A DNA stretch of 64,000 bases from a virus (IMGVR_UViG_3300037067_010289:1-64000), one strand, 5' to 3'. Positions 15,795 to 23,678 are shown, numbered from the stretch's first letter. Numbers and translations are program-made. Notes: generated by a model from the letters alone, not told the origin.

Positions 15795-18011
15795 ATGAGC
15801 TATTCTCCTGCAAGTATTCTTACGTCGGGATCGCTGCCCAACCTCGTGGCTATCTACTATGAGCGGTCGGCAATTCCCAACCTGTAAATTGCCTTTGGGT
15901 TGGCTACATAAACGTTCTGAAAAATAGGAAGGCACAGACCCCGTTTATGTCGATGACTGACTTGTTTGGTCATCGTAAAAATCTGACTATATCCGTTAAT
16001 ATCTTAGGTTTTTTGTGGTATAGTAATAGTAAAAGAAAATCTAAGACAAGACGGAGCGAAGATTCTCATGAAAGACAACGATAAAACAAATTGGGCGTAT
16101 TTAGCTGGGTTGCTCGACGGAGAAGGTTGTTTTACGATAACAGGTACGTGGAAGAATCGTAAAGGTATTTGGCGCACGAAAACAGGGCCAAACACGTACT
16201 TTCACATCAACCTTATTATTAGTTTGTATAACACTGATCTTAAGGTTATGAAATGGTTAGTAGACCATTTCGGTGGTGTGTATTATGTTCATCATCCTTC
16301 TAAAAAACCGAGTCACAAAATAGGGTATTCGTGGCATCCAAAAGGTGCCAAGAATAAAGAGCTTCTTCTTTTGGGAATTTTACCGTATCTGGTAATCAAA
16401 AGAGAACAGGCGAAACTTTCTCTTGAATATATCCGGTTGGACGGGAAGGCTTGTCAAGAAAAACGGTTAGAACTGAGAGAAAAGATTCAAACCCTTAATG
16501 GACACGGCATGGGAAAACGCCTAACGACTAATATGTCAGACGGCCCTTCGGGGTTGAAGATAGAGTCTGGGCTTAGTGGCGACACTAAGAGTGCTCTTGA
16601 GGTGACTCAAGCTGTGGCCAGAACCACAGAGCTTTTGCCGCAAGTTAGTGAAAGCGTAGCCTAAACACAACTGAAACAGAAACCGTTGCCTTTGCGTTCT
16701 GGGAACCAAATTCAATTTTTCACCTACAGTTTGCTTTCCGGCAATACCGCGCAAGCAGCTGAAGGAACCGTGGGTTCGCCCATCGCGGAATCTTCGACCA
16801 AGATTATCGCAACCGTTGGGCAGTACGCGGATTACATTAACAGTTCGGACCTGAGTATGGATGTGGCAATCGACGACCCGTCGTTGCTGCAAAACCTCTC
16901 TACCGAACTCAACTATCGTTTGGCGTTGACGCTGAACTCTCTGGTTCAGATCACGGCAGACGCGGCCCAGGGCGTCGATGGTTCGGTGACGATTACCTTG
17001 GCTGATGGTTCTTATCTGACGGCGAATAACATTCGTTCGGCGTGCCAGCAACTGGCGGGTATCAATGCTCGTCCGTTGACCGGCGACGGCTACTACGGTG
17101 GGATTATCCATCCGTTCGTAGTCCGCGACGTGCTGAATGATACGTCGTTCAACGGCTTGACCGATATCTTGAAGCGGTCGGCTGACGGTCAAGAAAAACT
17201 GCTTGCACCGGTGCCCAACGAGGATACGATCACGTTTGGCGGCGTGAAATTCAAGCAGACAACCACTACTCCGACGACAACCATTTCCGGCAACACTTAC
17301 TACAACACGTATTTGTTTGCTGACGATGCGCTGTTTTCGGTTTTCCTTGGGAAGAACCCTCAAACTGGTGAGAAGAACTACCGTCTTCTTATCCAGGAGG
17401 CACCAGCTCAAGGCAGCGTAGCCGATCCGGCTCGCCAAATCGGTGGATACAGCGACCTGTCCACTGTAGACCTTATGTAGCATGAGGGGTCAGCTACAAC
17501 GTTGTATTTAACGGCGTTGTCTAAAGTTCTCCTGATTGACTCGAACCCTGAGACGGCAACGAGGCGGAACCCGAAAGGGACCGTGAGAGACTGAGCGGAG
17601 AACCCCGAAAGGGATGCAACAGTCCGTCCTTGCGCTAAATGAAGTGCAAGAGGCTGGCAGAAATGACCAGCCCCGCCGCAAGGCGAGTAACACCGAGTAA
17701 ATACACCAACACACTGCGTAATTAATCCGGGGCGCAGTTGAATTGTCATGGTAATCCGCCCGGTTCTACAATGACAATTCGGAGACTTAACAGATTGCGG
17801 GTCTCCTTAAACTCTCTCTGATTGACTTGAACGCTGAAATGCCAACAAGGGGCAAGCCGAAAGGTAGCCTGAACGACTAAGCGAGAGAGCAGCGAAAGCT
17901 GATGCGATAGTCTGCACTGCAAGAAATAGTAACTTGCAGAGGCTGGCAGAAATGACCAGCCCCGCCGTAAGGCGAGTAACAAACGGCCAATCCGAAACGT
18001 CCTCAAGCTAG
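15795..18011 (+). CDS. major capsid protein (N4-gp56-like), 7 exons: join(15795..15883,15928..15958,16674..17448,17487..17502,17698..17719,17759..17787,17987..18011), 328 aa
   Basis: Joined exons total 987 nt with no internal stop: MSYSPAS...AIPNLKAQTPFMSMTKQKPLPLRSGNQIQFF...DPARQIGGWVSYNVKYTNTLRPGSTMTIRRLQSETSSS*; every 5' exon ends in U and every intron ends in G. Confidence 0.85.
15884..15927 (+). other. core-less group I-like mini-intron A (44 nt)
   Basis: P1 CCAACCU/GGGUUGG with U.G; P10 UGCCUUU/GAAGGCA; terminal G; in-frame TAA if retained. Confidence 0.75.
16016..16024 (+). promoter_or_regulatory. possible extended -10 promoter for the intron-encoded endonuclease
   Basis: TG-G-TATAGT about 45 nt upstream of the LAGLIDADG start, in an AT-rich loop of the intron. 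Confidence 0.4.
16068..16664 (+). CDS. single-motif LAGLIDADG homing endonuclease (intron-encoded)
   Basis: WAYLAGLLDGEG and LPYLVIKREQA motifs. Confidence 0.9.
   Translation: MKDNDKTNWAYLAGLLDGEGCFTITGTWKNRKGIWRTKTGPNTYFHINLIISLYNTDLKVMKWLVDHFGGVYYVHHPSKKPSHKIGYSWHPKGAKNKELLLLGILPYLVIKREQAKLSLEYIRLDGKACQEKRLELREKIQTLNGHGMGKRLTTNMSDGPSGLKIESGLSGDTKSALEVTQAVARTTELLPQVSESVA
17449..17486 (+). other. core-less group I-like mini-intron C (38 nt)
   Basis: P1 GGUGGAU/GUCCACU with U.G; P10 GACCU/GGGUC; terminal G; removal creates a Trp codon (U|GG). Confidence 0.75.
17503..17697 (+). ncRNA. compact ORF-less group I intron D (195 nt)
   Basis: P1 ACAACGU/GCGUUGU, P10 UGUAUUUA/UAAAUACA, P3 GUUCUCC/GGAGAAC, P7 GACUG/CAGUC, GNRA hairpins, terminal G. 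Confidence 0.9.
17720..17758 (+). other. core-less group I-like mini-intron E (39 nt)
   Basis: P1 ACUGCGU/GCGCAGU with U.G; P10 CCGGG/CCCGG; terminal G; in-frame TAA if retained. Confidence 0.75.
17788..17986 (+). ncRNA. compact ORF-less group I intron F (199 nt)
   Basis: P1 GGAGACU/GGUCUCC, P10 GAUUG/CAAUC, P3 CUCUCUC/GAGAGAG, P7 GACUA/UAGUC, terminal G. Confidence 0.9.
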
Positions 18012-18027
18012 GATTATCGCAGAAATG

Positions 18028-18036
18028 TGATATAAT
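18028..18036 (+). promoter_or_regulatory. extended -10 promoter upstream of the GIY-YIG gene
   Basis: TG-A-TATAAT perfect consensus. Confidence 0.6.
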
Positions 18037-18109
18037 AGAATGAGGGCAGTCTGGTTTGGGGTGGTGCCTCCACACCGCCCCAAATCAGCAAAACTCATGG
18101 AGGTGGGTT

Positions 18110-18904
18110 TTGTATCGCTTATACTTAATAACAAATAGCGTTAATCAAAAAGTTTATATAGGCCAAACGGTTAGAAGTTTAAAAGCACGATGGAGGTCGC
18201 ATCTAAGTGCTTCCAAAGAGGCTAGAGTAAAAGATGTCTACTTTTATCGCGCTATTAACAAATATGGGCCAGCAGCTTTTACTATGGAAGAACTGGCTCA
18301 AACTGAAAGTAAAGTAGAAATTGATAGGCTAGAAAAATTTTGGATTGGTTTTTGCTTGTCCTTTCAAAAAGACAAAGGCTATAACACGACCTTTGGCGGC
18401 GAAGGTGGGAGACAAACCCCCGAGGTTCGTCGAAAAATTGGAGAAGCATCGAAACGACTTTGGCAAGACCCTGATTTTCGAAAAAGAAGTTGTCAAACAC
18501 GAAAAGGCTTGCTTGTTGGGGCGCGAAACCCCATGTTTGGCAAGAGTTCTTTTAAAGGTAAAAAGCATACGGACCTAACTAAACTTAAGTTAAGTCTTAT
18601 TAAAAAAGAACAGTTTTCTGACCCTAGCTTTAAACTAAAAATGACTTTGGCCAGCACAGGTAAGCACCACACAGCAGCGGGGCGAGCTAATATTTCTCGT
18701 GGGCTGCAAGGAAACCAATATCGTAAAGGCATACCCCACTCGGAAGAAGTAAAAGAACGAATTCGTAATTCAATGAAAGCTGCGTGGGTTCTTAGAAAGA
18801 ATAAAAAGTTTAATTCTGCCCAAGAGTTGTCCGAAACCGGATTGGGGAAAGACAAAAACTTAGCAGAATCTATGGATGCACCGATTACCCTTGCCGGGGT
18901 TTGA
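18110..18904 (+). CDS. GIY-YIG homing endonuclease with NUMOD3-like repeats (free-standing)
   Basis: LYLITNSVNQKVYIGQT, GYN-x-T-x-GG, NPMFGK, KHT and PHSEE repeats; TTG start after GGAGG. Confidence 0.85.
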   Translation: MYRLYLITNSVNQKVYIGQTVRSLKARWRSHLSASKEARVKDVYFYRAINKYGPAAFTMEELAQTESKVEIDRLEKFWIGFCLSFQKDKGYNTTFGGEGGRQTPEVRRKIGEASKRLWQDPDFRKRSCQTRKGLLVGARNPMFGKSSFKGKKHTDLTKLKLSLIKKEQFSDPSFKLKMTLASTGKHHTAAGRANISRGLQGNQYRKGIPHSEEVKERIRNSMKAAWVLRKNKKFNSAQELSETGLGKDKNLAESMDAPITLAGV

Positions 18905-19001
18905 GGTTCGTCCACCTTCGATGCAAGGACCGACGGCACATCGGACACCGACTCGAAGTTGTAGTCCTGGCGGGGTCGTCAGCCAGCGACCCCACCTCTT
19001 T

Positions 19002-19106
19002 ATGTGGATTTTTCGCTGTAGCCAGTGCGGAAGAATTTTACGAAAGCCGCACCTATGGGATGCGCTGAAATGCGCGTGTGGTTTTCTTTGGGGCAAAAAT
19101 GGATAA
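19002..19106 (+). CDS. small zinc-finger protein (34 aa)
   Basis: FRCSQCGRIL...LKCACG. Confidence 0.4.
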   Translation: MWIFRCSQCGRILRKPHLWDALKCACGFLWGKNG

Positions 19107-19434
19107 CGTTTTGACCAACTCGGATTCGTTCTCGGAAGAGATGAAGACATTTCCGGCCCACGTTTTGCTGGCGATGGCGACGAATGAAAGCGCTACAAAA
19201 TATTATCGCAAGGCGGCAGTCCGCCTGTTGTTGGAGCATAAATCTATACTCGCCGACCATCCTTCGCTGCGCGAGTTGCGCATGGAGCTTCGTGAAGAAG
19301 ACGCGGCCAAACAAGAAGTCGAGGCTATCGTTGATAACGCGATGCACGAACCCGAGGTAACTTGTCCGGAACCGGACAAAGGGCCGTTTCAGGCCAGTGT
19401 GACTACCAAATCTTTATTCCAAAACGAGGAATAA
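19099..19434 (+). CDS. hypothetical protein
   Basis: ORF coupled to neighbouring genes. Confidence 0.5.
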   Translation: MDNVLTNSDSFSEEMKTFPAHVLLAMATNESATKYYRKAAVRLLLEHKSILADHPSLRELRMELREEDAAKQEVEAIVDNAMHEPEVTCPEPDKGPFQASVTTKSLFQNEE

Positions 19435-20069
19435 TGCAGGGTCAGCAACATCCACTGCTCTATTGCGCCCGTCACGGCACCACGACGTTGAACTCTTCGA
19501 ACTGCTATCGTGGAGCCATCGATGTTCCTCTGGATTCGGCAGGACGTAAGGATGCCCATCGGCTTGCGTTTTTCTTCGCGGGCATTGAAATCTACCCTGT
19601 CATTTATCTTTCTGACCGAAAACGCACGCGAGAAACAGCTAGTATTATTGGCCAACGTCAAACTGATATTGAGTATCGAGAACTGCCACAGCTTCGAGCA
19701 CTGAATCTGGGTCATCTGAGCGGCCAAAAAAGAACGGCTGAGACGGAGCAAGAGATTCAGGAGCACGTCAAGAATCCGGATATGCTGTTTGAAGACGGCG
19801 AATCGCTGAACGATTTTCGTAGCCGCGTTCGACCGCTAATTGGCGAAGCCATAGAACTAGCGCAAAGTTCTGGATTCCCTGTACTTTTCGTAGTGCATTC
19901 AAGTATTGTTCACGAATTGGGCGAGGTATTTGAAGGGGATCACAATGCCACTCTGGTGCGTCCAGGCGGTGTGGCTTGTGCGTACATTCACGATGGTCGA
20001 GTGCAGGCTGAACCGGTTTTGAAACCTGATCTTGCCCGCGTCAAGTCGCGGCAAGAAGTTATATCCTAA
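19434..20069 (+). CDS. histidine phosphatase family protein
   Basis: ARHG motif, SD-x-x-RT-x-ETA, GES, VVHS. Confidence 0.85.
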   Translation: MQGQQHPLLYCARHGTTTLNSSNCYRGAIDVPLDSAGRKDAHRLAFFFAGIEIYPVIYLSDRKRTRETASIIGQRQTDIEYRELPQLRALNLGHLSGQKRTAETEQEIQEHVKNPDMLFEDGESLNDFRSRVRPLIGEAIELAQSSGFPVLFVVHSSIVHELGEVFEGDHNATLVRPGGVACAYIHDGRVQAEPVLKPDLARVKSRQEVIS

Positions 20070-20123
20070 TTCTCAGATTGAGACAGATCACGACTCAAGA
20101 AGAATAAGTAGTTTGGAGACATT

Positions 20124-20807
20124 ATGAATACGAATTGCGTTGCAGGTTATATCGGTGGAACTGGCCGAAATCAGTTGGCTTCCGTTCTTACAGCGGCCAA
20201 CACTGAAACTTCGATCAAGGTTGGGGCAGACTCAGGAACCAACGCTATCGCGGTACTGACCGTGCCGCAGCCAAGTGCCAAAATTGGTTCGAGCAATCCG
20301 CTTAGCACTGAAGCAAACCCTGCGTTGCTCACAATGGGCGGACGTTTGGGTTTGCGGTATCAGTATGCAGGTCGTCCAGGCTTCACGACCGCCTCTTTTG
20401 ATAAGGGCCGACCGTTCTTGGTTCGGTTGGCGGGTACGATTAAATCGGCAGCGTCGGCAGCGGACATCGCCATAGTTTTCAATCTCTATTCGGGAACCTT
20501 TGGTGGAACCTGTACCGCGATTGGAACTACAGTGGCGAATGCTCTCAATACCGTCACTAACACATATGCTTTCATTTTGGAAGCACAGTTGGTTTACAAC
20601 TCGGCCTACGCCACAAATAACCTTAACGGCCAATTCTGGTATTGGGTCGGCGGTTCAACCGCTTCGTATAACACATGGGCAGCAACAACTACTGCTTCGG
20701 TTGCCACGCTGGCTACCAATCTTTTCACAGCAACCTATGCTTGGGCAGGCGCGGGCGCTACGGGCGGAACGGTAAGCCCGTCTGAGTTTTCAATTAGCCA
20801 GATGTAG
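20124..20807 (+). CDS. putative virion structural protein, paralog 1
   Basis: Beta-rich Ala/Thr/Gly protein; strongly similar to the next ORF. Confidence 0.6.
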   Translation: MNTNCVAGYIGGTGRNQLASVLTAANTETSIKVGADSGTNAIAVLTVPQPSAKIGSSNPLSTEANPALLTMGGRLGLRYQYAGRPGFTTASFDKGRPFLVRLAGTIKSAASAADIAIVFNLYSGTFGGTCTAIGTTVANALNTVTNTYAFILEAQLVYNSAYATNNLNGQFWYWVGGSTASYNTWAATTTASVATLATNLFTATYAWAGAGATGGTVSPSEFSISQM

Positions 20808-20860
20808 ACTGACTCGCTTCGGGAGTCACGAGTAAGAAGAAAATGTAAGAAGGAGTCTAT

Positions 20861-21532
20861 ATGAATACAAATTGTGTCGTCGGGTATCTCAGTGGAAGTG
20901 GTCGTAGCCAGTTGGTCTCTCAGACATTGGCAGGCACCACTGAAACCGAATTCAAGATTGCCACGGATAGTGGCACCAACGCTATTGCAGTCTTGACCGT
21001 GCCACAGCCTACGGCGGTGATTGGTTCTGGCAATCCGCTAAGTACAGAAACCAATCCGGCTCTGTTGGCGATGGGCGGAAGGCTGGGATTGCGCTATATG
21101 TACGCTGGCCGTCCCGGTTTTACAACGGCTTCGTTCGATAAGGGCCGTCCATTTCTCGTTCGTATCTGCGGTGTGGCAACTCCAGCGTCCAACGCTGGTA
21201 ACACGCTGACGGTTACGCTGTATAAAGGTACTAGCAAGGCTGGAACAGCTATCGCTACCACAGGTGCTATCACACAAAACGCGGTCACGAACCCTGTGGC
21301 GTTTATTCTCGAAGCTCAGTTGACCTATAACTCTGCTTACACGACCGGTAACTTGAACGGTCAGTTCTGGTACTTCGGCGATGGCTCGACGCCAAAATAT
21401 AACACTTGGGCCGTGACAACAACCGCCAACGTCGCTACCTTGGCCACACTTCAATTCTGTGCGTCGTGGACCTGGGGGAACGGTGTCGGTGGGGAGATTC
21501 AAGCCTCTGAATTCAGTCTGAGCCAGTTGTAA
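20861..21532 (+). CDS. putative virion structural protein, paralog 2
   Basis: Shares MNTNCV, DSGTNAIAVLTVPQP, GRPGFTTASFDKGRPFLVR, NLNGQFWY with the previous ORF. Confidence 0.6.
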   Translation: MNTNCVVGYLSGSGRSQLVSQTLAGTTETEFKIATDSGTNAIAVLTVPQPTAVIGSGNPLSTETNPALLAMGGRLGLRYMYAGRPGFTTASFDKGRPFLVRICGVATPASNAGNTLTVTLYKGTSKAGTAIATTGAITQNAVTNPVAFILEAQLTYNSAYTTGNLNGQFWYFGDGSTPKYNTWAVTTTANVATLATLQFCASWTWGNGVGGEIQASEFSLSQL

Positions 21533-21560
21533 TCTACAAAAGAATCCACGGAGAGCGTGC

Positions 21561-22262
21561 ATGTCTTTTCATTCAATCGATCAAATCGTTGAGCACGGTG
21601 GTACCCCGGTCAGTACTGCCGTGCTTGACCAAAGTAACCACAGTGTTCATGAAAAGCAGTGTTGCAGTTGCTTAAAGATACTTCCGTATTCGTGTTTTGT
21701 TAGAGACACAAGTTACCGAGAGGGCGTGCGCGATCAATGCCAGACTTGCATGACCGCACCACGACTTAGCACCATAGAGCACACCCATCGGTTGCGAGAA
21801 GAAAATTATAGTAGTGCGGCGGTCAGGGCTCAGCGGTGGCAGCACCAGCTAGACTACATGGATGACGAAGCTCGCTTTATCAACCCCATGCATCACAGCG
21901 GGTTTATCTCTCGTCTTCGTCGTGCAGTCCCCGGCAAACTTTGCTTTGTCGATGGCCGCATTGCTGACGACATCGCGGTCTTTCAGATTTTTGGACGCCC
22001 GCAAGCTGATGGCCGTGATTTTAAGTATCTGTGGTATATTCCGACAGGCTTTATGCCCGAATACAGCCTTTATGAGTTTGATCCTGTTCGGGATATTCCG
22101 GTCAAAGAGCGTATACGCGGTTGGCGAACGCCTTTGATTCGACTTATCAAAAGCGGACTTTTAACTGAGGATCGCTGTAAAAAGTTTTTTGGTGAACCGA
22201 TAGGCCCTGCGTCGATAGTCTGGCGCAGGCAGATGTTTGTTTTAAGAAATCAACACGAGTAA
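21561..22262 (+). CDS. hypothetical protein with N-terminal Cys pairs
   Basis: CCSC...CQTC, then a domain ending in RGWRTPLIRL. Confidence 0.55.
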   Translation: MSFHSIDQIVEHGGTPVSTAVLDQSNHSVHEKQCCSCLKILPYSCFVRDTSYREGVRDQCQTCMTAPRLSTIEHTHRLREENYSSAAVRAQRWQHQLDYMDDEARFINPMHHSGFISRLRRAVPGKLCFVDGRIADDIAVFQIFGRPQADGRDFKYLWYIPTGFMPEYSLYEFDPVRDIPVKERIRGWRTPLIRLIKSGLLTEDRCKKFFGEPIGPASIVWRRQMFVLRNQHE

Positions 22263-22304
22263 AATACCCGTTGGCCGCTCGGATTAACGGCTAAGGAGAC
22301 TGTA

Positions 22305-22841
22305 ATGGCTGATGAAAACGGTACGAAAGCACAAAAGATTTCGATAACCGCCGAGGAACTTCAGAATATTATTAGAACTTCGGTGAGTGCTGCGGTTGAA
22401 ACGGCGCTTGAAAAAAACAATCAGGGCTTTGAATCCATCGCTGCTGCCCTTATTGAAAGTCGTAAGCCTTTTAAAGACCCGGCTATACAAGCGAACGAAG
22501 AAGCTTTTCGCAAGTCTACCCGTGAGCAGCAGGAGCGACTACGTAAAAATCTTATCGCCGATCAGGCTAACTGCCAGCACCTTCAGGGCAGCAATAGCTT
22601 GAGCGACTTTCCAAGTCCACATGGCTTGACCTGCATTATCCATCACTATCTCGATACTGGAGAGTTGATAGGTATTTGCGCAAATTGTAATCACGTGTTT
22701 CGCAACACGCAGGGTAAAGACCCCGCTGCTGACTTGGAGTATAAGACTTGGATGGCAAAGAAGTCAGGGTGCCGCCCGTCCGCTTCCGGACGACGGTTTT
22801 TTGCCAACCCGCTCGAAGCTATTCGAGCTGGCCAAGCCTAA
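22305..22841 (+). CDS. hypothetical protein (coiled coil plus zinc motif)
   Basis: AAGGAG RBS; CQH...CANC. Confidence 0.55.
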   Translation: MADENGTKAQKISITAEELQNIIRTSVSAAVETALEKNNQGFESIAAALIESRKPFKDPAIQANEEAFRKSTREQQERLRKNLIADQANCQHLQGSNSLSDFPSPHGLTCIIHHYLDTGELIGICANCNHVFRNTQGKDPAADLEYKTWMAKKSGCRPSASGRRFFANPLEAIRAGQA

Positions 22842-22889
22842 AAATTCTTCGCGGGATGCTGTGCACTAGTCTGGTTTCGGATTAAACTA

Positions 22890-22930
22890 GGCCGGTGAAA
22901 CGTAGGAGTACTACGATTCATCGGCCTTTT
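22890..22930 (+). terminator. putative intrinsic terminator
   Basis: GGCCGGTGAA...TTCATCGGCC stem followed by TTTT. Confidence 0.5.
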
Positions 22931-22943
22931 GTGTTGAGGCCCT

Positions 22944-23660
22944 ATGTCGATAACGCTTGCTCGTAGCCTTCAATTCGCTCAAACGTATATTTCCATTCGT
23001 CCCTTGCTGGGGGTTGGAACTTATACGGATGAACCCGGTTTGACCATTGGAGATTGGGTGCGTCAGTTTATTCTGGCTCCGCCTTTTTCGTGGCGCTGGA
23101 ACCGAGGCACTACCAGTTTCAATGTTAGTCCGGCAGGTGGTCAAGACTACGTGCGGTCTCTTACCGATTTTGGCTGGTTAGAAAAAGCAAATCTCACCAG
23201 CGCTGGAACCAATCGTGAGCTTGCAGTTCGCCTCAATATTTCCCAAGACACTACCCAAGAACAGCCCATCGCAATCTGCCCTCTACTCGACGACGGCGCT
23301 GGAAATATTACTTTCCGCATGATGCCCACCCCTGACGCTGCCTACACAGTTAAACTTATTTACCAAAAGAAGGCTGTTGCTTTTACAGCGTCTACAGATA
23401 CGTGGACGCCCATCCCGGACTATTTATCATATTTGTACAATCAAGGTGTGCTGGCCAAAGCCTACGAAATGTCGAGCGATGAGCGCTTTGGGTTGGCTAC
23501 GCAGTTATTTTTGCGACAGGTGATTGCGGCCAACGAAGGTCTTACGGAAAGCCAGAAGAACGTCTTTATGATCGATCAGGCCATCACTCAGCGAGAGATC
23601 GTTGAAATTCAAGGCAAGTCTCAGGCGAGTACCGCTGCCCGAGGAATGTTTGGTGGATAG
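22944..23660 (+). CDS. putative head-tail adaptor
   Basis: FSWRWNR and PTPDAAYTVKLIY motifs; position before tail genes. Confidence 0.55.
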   Translation: MSITLARSLQFAQTYISIRPLLGVGTYTDEPGLTIGDWVRQFILAPPFSWRWNRGTTSFNVSPAGGQDYVRSLTDFGWLEKANLTSAGTNRELAVRLNISQDTTQEQPIAICPLLDDGAGNITFRMMPTPDAAYTVKLIYQKKAVAFTASTDTWTPIPDYLSYLYNQGVLAKAYEMSSDERFGLATQLFLRQVIAANEGLTESQKNVFMIDQAITQREIVEIQGKSQASTAARGMFGG

Positions 23661-23678
23661 TCTTTTGCGCAGGTACTT

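Larger units (their letters stand above)
15959..16673 (+). mobile_element. group I intron B (715 nt) with LAGLIDADG ORF
   Basis: P1 CGAUGACU/GGUCAUCG, P10 UGUUU/AAACA, P3 UCUGAC/GUCAGA, R AACGACUA, S AAGAUAGAGUCU, GCGA-capped P9, terminal G. Confidence 0.9.

Noticed and set aside
15902-16661. Long-range GGCTAC/GTAGCC pairing between mini-intron A and the 3' end of intron B
   Set aside because: Only 6 bp, with no equivalent in the C/D or E/F pairs
15884-16673. One long intron spanning mini-intron, micro-exon and core
   Set aside because: Skipping 31, 16 or 29 nt shifts the capsid frame, and each micro-exon has its own P10 and P1 partners
16686-17480. ORF-track 264-aa protein as the complete capsid protein
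   Set aside because: It is exon 3 plus read-through into mini-intron C; its TTG start lacks an RBS
15882-17758. Translational bypassing (T4 gene 60 style) as the explanation for the mini-introns
   Set aside because: A (CTG-TAA...CTG) and E (AAT-TAA...AAT) have in-frame matching codons, but C has none after its stop and needs a split Trp codon. All three show P1 U.G, P10 and a terminal G, which fits splicing better. Not formally excluded without RNA data.
18056-18904. GIY-YIG gene as intron-encoded
   Set aside because: It lies after the capsid stop at 18011 with its own promoter; no flanking core motifs were seen
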